From: Aplysia californica
Taxonomy: Eukaryota
Reading direction: 5' to 3'
NCBI RefSeq assembly: GCF_000002075.1
Contig: NW_004797456.1
Location: forward strand, 867,113-931,112
DNA length: 64,000 nt
The position numbers were made by a program, and so were the translations under genes. The notes below the pieces were generated by a model. It did no database searches and had not been told where the DNA came from. It worked only from the letters and a program-made list of their open reading frames with translations. Shown one piece after another: positions 59,001 through 64,000 of the stretch. Positions within the stretch are counted from its first letter, which is position 1. Each line of letters opens with the position of its first letter.

Positions 59001-62000
59001 GTAATTTTAATTAATGTTATTCACACCCGGGGTGAAAATAAAAATATAAAGTGAGAATAATATCCATTTTATTCTCACCTCAGGTGAGAATAATATTATG
59101 TTATTATTTTACGTGAGAATAAACTGAATATTATTCTCACCCGGTCTGAGAATGCTATGGATTTTTATTCTTAGGCCTACCTGGGTGTTGAGAATGTGTA
59201 GGCCTAGGCCTACATTCTACATGTAGGCTAATAACTAATTTAATACTAATAGGAATAGGATTCCATAATAGAAAATAATTTGTGAATTGTAAGAGTGACC
59301 GTTCGTGACCTGCCCCAGAGCACTGGCCGATTTTTCAAGGTTCCCGCGGGGATTGTTATTGTTTCATCTTAAAAAATCTTGGGAGTATGCACGCATATTT
59401 TCACCAAAACCCTAGACTAGTGTTATATTCTAAATTCAGAAAGGAATTCACTTGCCAGAGAAGTATGTTTTAAAAAATAATAGCTTTAACTGAAAGCTGT
59501 TTAATGAAATAATGTTAGTAATAGTTTGTCATTGTAATGTTAGAATTGGCATTTGTTTACAACACAAAAAAACGTTATCCCTAACAGAACCCACGATTAT
59601 TTTTAAGGCACGCTGTGCCTTGTCCCTAGGCTAGGCTTAATTTTTTCTTAATTTTGATTGGTTAAACCATTCAAGAGTAAAATTTTCCATTACTTAACAG
59701 AACCAATAAAAAGCATGAAAAGGTGACGCTATTTGCTCAAAAGATAAAGTTTTACCCCCAATCGACAATAGTCGCCTCCCACGCTCGAGAGCGGGCCCGC
59801 CCGTTGGCGATTTTTGTCGCCTCACGCGCTCAGTGGAGTGAGAGAGGGAGGCGAGTTTTATCGCCTGGAGTTGGAGCCTGGAGCGCTCAAGTGATAGGGG
59901 TCCTGTTGTACTATGATGCCCGAAACAAAATAAAAGAGCGGAAACCAAGGAGCTTAAAACTGTAACCTCCTTGGCGGAAAAACGAAAAAACCGGGTGAGA
60001 ATAGTAGGCGGTCGTTATTCTCACCCTGGGTGAGAATAGTATCAATATTATTCTCACCCCGGGTGAGAATAATATGTGAGGCATCGTGGTGGAATCAGGC
60101 TCTTGTCAATTTTTGGGCATTTAGAGTTATCGGTATCATTTTAAAGCTTGTTCACTTGTCTTTATTTGTATTAAAAAATATCCTTTTATCTTGAAAACAA
60201 GTCGAGACATTTGCAAATGAAGGAGGTGGGGGTTTTCAGAGGTACAATTAGTGATAAAATGGCGGCCAAAGATTAGTTATTTCCTTAGCTTAAGAGTCCG
60301 TGGTTACTGAAAATTGACATTTTTTATGCCTTTAATCATCGTTTTTCTGAAAAATCCACTCAAAAATCAGTTCTTTAACAGGCATGAAAGGTGTTGAGTC
60401 AAAAAACAAAAAGTTTATAAAAATTCACAAACCTGCGGGAAAAATGCAAGTTTTTTCACTTTGATTATTTTGACGAGAGCCTGATTCCACCACGCTGCCT
60501 CACATATCCTGTTAATCCTCGCCCCGGGTGAGAATAATCACTTCGAATTTTAATTGTTTAAACCCTTTGACGACCTCCTGAGGACACCGTGCCCCTCTGC
60601 CTGAACTCCTGAGTGGTATTTTACTACCATTCATGTGATCTTCTGAATCACATTTCATAGCCCACTCAGGGTAGTCCTTGTCATTATAACCAGCATCTAA
60701 GTCAGAAAGATCTTCAAAATAATCAATAACGCCTTGTGTAGTGTAGTAAACACTATTTTCCGCACTAATTTTTTCTCATAAGGGCCAGTTTGGGGATGTG
60801 GTCTCGCTCACCGGTGTACCGGTGGCTAGGCATATGGACAGTTTTATGCGCCACCGGTCAAGGGCTCAAAGGGTGAATGAGAAATCAGTAAATTACAATG
60901 ATATTTGGCTATAAGGCCTTATTCTTGAACTTTTCTCACTACTGTATCTGTTATATATTTGGCAACTTGGAAACGCATGTGTCACTTTTCCCATAAAACT
61001 ATGACAGCTACAGAGTTGAAAGTTTGCAAGTACCTGCAAAAAGATAGATAGATCCTCATGACAGAGCCAGATTTTTTATTTATTCATTTCCTGAATTTAG
61101 ACAAATATATTTGACAAAAAGTTCCCATCCTTCTTTGGCCGGTGTGATTATTCCACTGAGAAACGAAACAAATCTGCGTAGCTGTCCTCCATCGCGGAAG
61201 GGCCGGAAGTTCACTATTTCACAAGGCGTATTTTGTTTGGAGAGTATAGATCAAGACTTTTTTTTTTTTTTCATCTCTCAAAATTTATTGCTCCATTACA
61301 GTTGAGTGTAAATATAGTAGGCCAATGACTTTTAGTTTTTGTTAATGAACCGATCATTCCTTTCATGGAAAGGGGCCCCAGCTAGTAAGATATAAACAAA
61401 GGTAAAAAAGTAATCTAGTCTCCATGAAGAATTTCCAGATTTTAAACGTTCTCCCTCGTAATTAAATCAAAGAAATTCACCTTTTTCTTTTGACTTTTCA
61501 AGACTCATTACAAGCCCTCCAGGTTTCTGGGGATTTGATGCTTGATACCTTTCTTCCGAACTCGTTATCTCGAAGGCGAGGGGGGGGGGGGGGGGGGGGC
61601 TACACCCACTATGCTGGCTCCTATGCAGGGGCCCTGTTTTGGTGAGAATTCTAAAAGTGACAAAGTGACAAATATACATCACTTATTGGTTAGTAAATCA
61701 AAACAAGTGAACCAATTTCAATTGTTTTTCATATGATGAATGAACTCCCGGTAAAAAAAAGCTGTTTTCAGCAATGGCAGAAAAGTAATTTGCTGTCAAA
61801 ATCATTGTAAAGGAATTTGTTGGAGCTGCTGCCAGCGGCTTAGAGGCACAGCGGTCCCGACTGTGAGCCGCTGGCAGCGGCTTGCCATAGATATAAGGAG
61901 TTAAAGGTCTTATCCTGTTCTTTTACTCTATCCATATGTCACTATTTTGTATGTGTGCATGCACAGCAAAATGGTGGTTATTTTTTAAACTTTTTAGTGA

Positions 62001-63846
62001 ATATGTTTTACTACTTTCACATTATGTTTTCAGGTGGACGGATGCGTTCTGATGATTTTGGATTCAAAGAAAATGATATCAGCAATCTGGACAAAATCAT
62101 TGAAGCACTCAATGAGCTGGTAATTTGTAATTTGACATCATCATTTGAACTGAGTATTTCGACTAATTCACCTTTTCCTGTCATGTTAGCCATCAATATT
62201 TTTCCAGTTAGAACTTCGAATTCTTCCAATTATAGTTGGTTTTTAAAAGTAAATTTCTTAATGGCTCGCACTTAACGTCCTACTGTCTAGTTGCTGCTAT
62301 TTTCTCAATCTGTGAAGGATGTTTGACAATATATTATGCATATTTTTTAATTGACCTAAAAGGAAAAAAGATGTAAAAGATGAAATCAAAATTTGAAGAA
62401 AGAAAATCTAAAAGACGAAAAGTGTATTAAAGTTAAGAAAATCACTTAATTTTAATTCTTTTTATAATTTGTTCTACCTGTTTTGTCATAGAGTGGTCCG
62501 CTGGATTGTAAAAGTTAAGTAAACCATAAAGTGGAATGTTGTTTCTATTGCTGTTAGTCAGGGTTTTCTTACACAGATAAAACTATTTAATGAGGAAGAT
62601 GTCATTTTATACCTTATTTACAAACATTTGTTATTATTCTTTGTTTGTGTCTTAGGAAAAGGAAAGGAAGATAATGCGGGAAAAGCTGGAAACAGAAACT
62701 ATCAAAGCTAGTGTTTTGAGGCATGACTTAAAAGTTCTTCCAGGGATCATAAGGGAGGAAATCATGGGTAAGTACTTTGGCCATACTACTATGGTTTCAG
62801 ACCCATTTGTAAAAATAAATTATATGCATTTGGTTTTATTTTAATGTGAACAACTACATTTGTGAAATGTTCATGTATCTTGAGTCTTGAGATTCTTTTT
62901 TTAAATTTACCAACAGTTTCCCCCTAACACCATTGCTGCTTGCTGCAGTACAGTGCCCTGTGTTTGAGCTGAGGTTATTATCTCTTGCTCAAGGACATAC
63001 CCCAGTAACATCCCATTTAGTATCTTAAAACTGATTCACTTATATCACTTAATTTTATTTGTATGCCTTTACTCACTTTATAAGTACTTGATAAACTGTT
63101 TGGGGTCACTGAAAGAGTTTTAATGTGTAAAGTGTACAGTCAAGCCTGTCTGAATGGATACCTGTCGAAGATGACAAACTGTGGTGAAGAAATCTCCTCA
63201 CTCCCCCTAGATAGATTCCTCTATAATTCATCTACCTAAAATGGAAGGTGTCGTGATCATACAGCCTGCAGAGAGAAAACTTCCATAAATCTTTTCTAAC
63301 ATGCAGGGAGGGGGTAGCGTTGGTTGACTGTGTTTATTACATCGATGAATAGGGCTAAGGCTCGAACAAAGGAGTTTTTGGTTTAGTTTAATCGTTTCTT
63401 TTTTCTTTTGATCAAACAGTGGTCCTTGTAAGATGCAAGCACATGCCATTATGGAAGCGGGTAGTATAGCAGTTGGGAGGTGTGAAGTTTTGACCCTTGA
63501 TTGGTGACCAAACAGTCGACCCTTGATCCCACTGTGCACAGCTGGCCTTTTGCTGCCCCCTTCTCCTACCCAAGATACAAACTATCTACGACAAAAACAT
63601 TTTCTAGCTCCCTTGCGATTCTGTCTTGGGCCGGTTCTCTGTAATTTTATTCATTTCCAATTCTGCTATTTTTCCACTTTTTCTCTGTCTTGATTTCTTT
63701 TCTCTTTCAGTTGCTGTAAACGCTGCCCGACAGTCCAACACAGATGCCCTTGAGGACCTACAAGCAGAACTGGACAAAATGAATAACAACATGGCTGAGC
63801 TGGAAACAAAGGCGAGGGAGCTAGAACGGGAAAATGCAGTTCTTCA
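58940..63846 (+). CDS. CCDC175: Coiled-coil domain-containing protein 175-like; first 4 exons, 3'-partial
   Basis: The exons join in frame. LEKERKIMREKLETETIKASVLRHDLKVLPGIIREEIMVAVNAARQSN aligns with the CCDC175 N-terminus as I recall it (LEEMRK..LLEIES..L...LP..IKRELEECVRDARRLN). Confidence 0.75.
59013..60545. mobile_element. MuDR-like element with palindromic TTATTCTCACCC-GGGTGAGAATAA repeats
   Basis: 10-bp TSD AATTTTAATT (59003-59012 and 60546-60555); palindrome clusters at both ends. Confidence 0.7.
60076..60503 (+). mobile_element. Sola1-like MITE
   Basis: ~33-bp TIR GTGAGGCA(T/G)CGTGGTGGAATCAGGCTCT(T/C)GTCAA; ATAT TSD (AWWT target). Confidence 0.82.
62034..62119 (+). CDS. CCDC175: CCDC175-like exon 2
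   Basis: GRMRSDDFGFKENDISNLDKIIEALNEL; tcag| and |gtaatt. Confidence 0.8.
62656..62767 (+). CDS. CCDC175: CCDC175-like exon 3
   Basis: EKERKIMREKLETETIKASVLRHDLKVLPGIIREEIM; ttag| and |gtaagt. Confidence 0.85.
63711..63846 (+). CDS. CCDC175: CCDC175-like exon 4
   Basis: AVNAARQSNTDALEDLQAELDKMNNNMAELETKARELERENAVL; long polypyrimidine tract; donor |gtaagt. Confidence 0.85.
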
Positions 63847-64000
63847 GTAAGTGTACAAAATGACCTAACGTACTATTGGTTCTACAATAATCTTAAAGTC
63901 TTTACAACATATCAGTTCTGGAAAAATCACTTGTTGGCAGAAAACATCTCTATCATCATTTTTAATGTTGACTTCTGGTTCAAATTGAAGACAGATTTAA

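Noticed and set aside
57004-60540. CRISPR or operator array of ATTCTCACCC palindromes
   Set aside because: Irregular spacing and a TSD-bounded context indicate transposon subterminal repeats.
1-64000. A prokaryotic or viral defence, retron or recombinase-type novel system
   Set aside because: All coding signal is explained by three spliced animal genes and one LINE fragment; there are no operon-like or long intronless ORFs.

Overview
AT-rich, intron-rich animal genomic DNA, probably from an invertebrate: the BAZ1A has two PHD fingers, and a mollusc/lophotrochozoan source is only a guess. There are two assembly gaps (50099-50198 and 57484-57643). I reconstructed three spliced genes by hand from GT-AG boundaries with consistent phases. 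(1) The last 25 coding exons of BAZ1A/ACF1 on + (1145-34909; about 1420 aa; DDT, WHIM1-3, two PHD fingers, bromodomain; the WAC exons lie upstream of the window). (2) A complete 9-exon ATG14/Barkor on - (58626-46992; 510 aa), with an apparent ~53-aa insertion in its coiled coil. (3) The first 4 exons of a CCDC175-like gene on + (from 58940), head-to-head with ATG14 across only 313 bp. Introns and UTRs carry many non-autonomous mobile elements, assigned from their termini and target-site duplications (TSDs): piggyBac-, Kolobok-, Tc1/pogo-, hAT/hATw-, MuDR/foldback-, Harbinger-, Sola1- and IS3EU-like MITEs, a truncated RTE LINE and tRNA-derived SINEs. Several are nested. I found no prokaryotic system, CRISPR array or intact transposase, and nothing I can call a new biological system. 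The best leads are the ATG14 insertion, the shared promoter and the transposon architectures. Family assignments come from my recollection of motifs, not from database searches.
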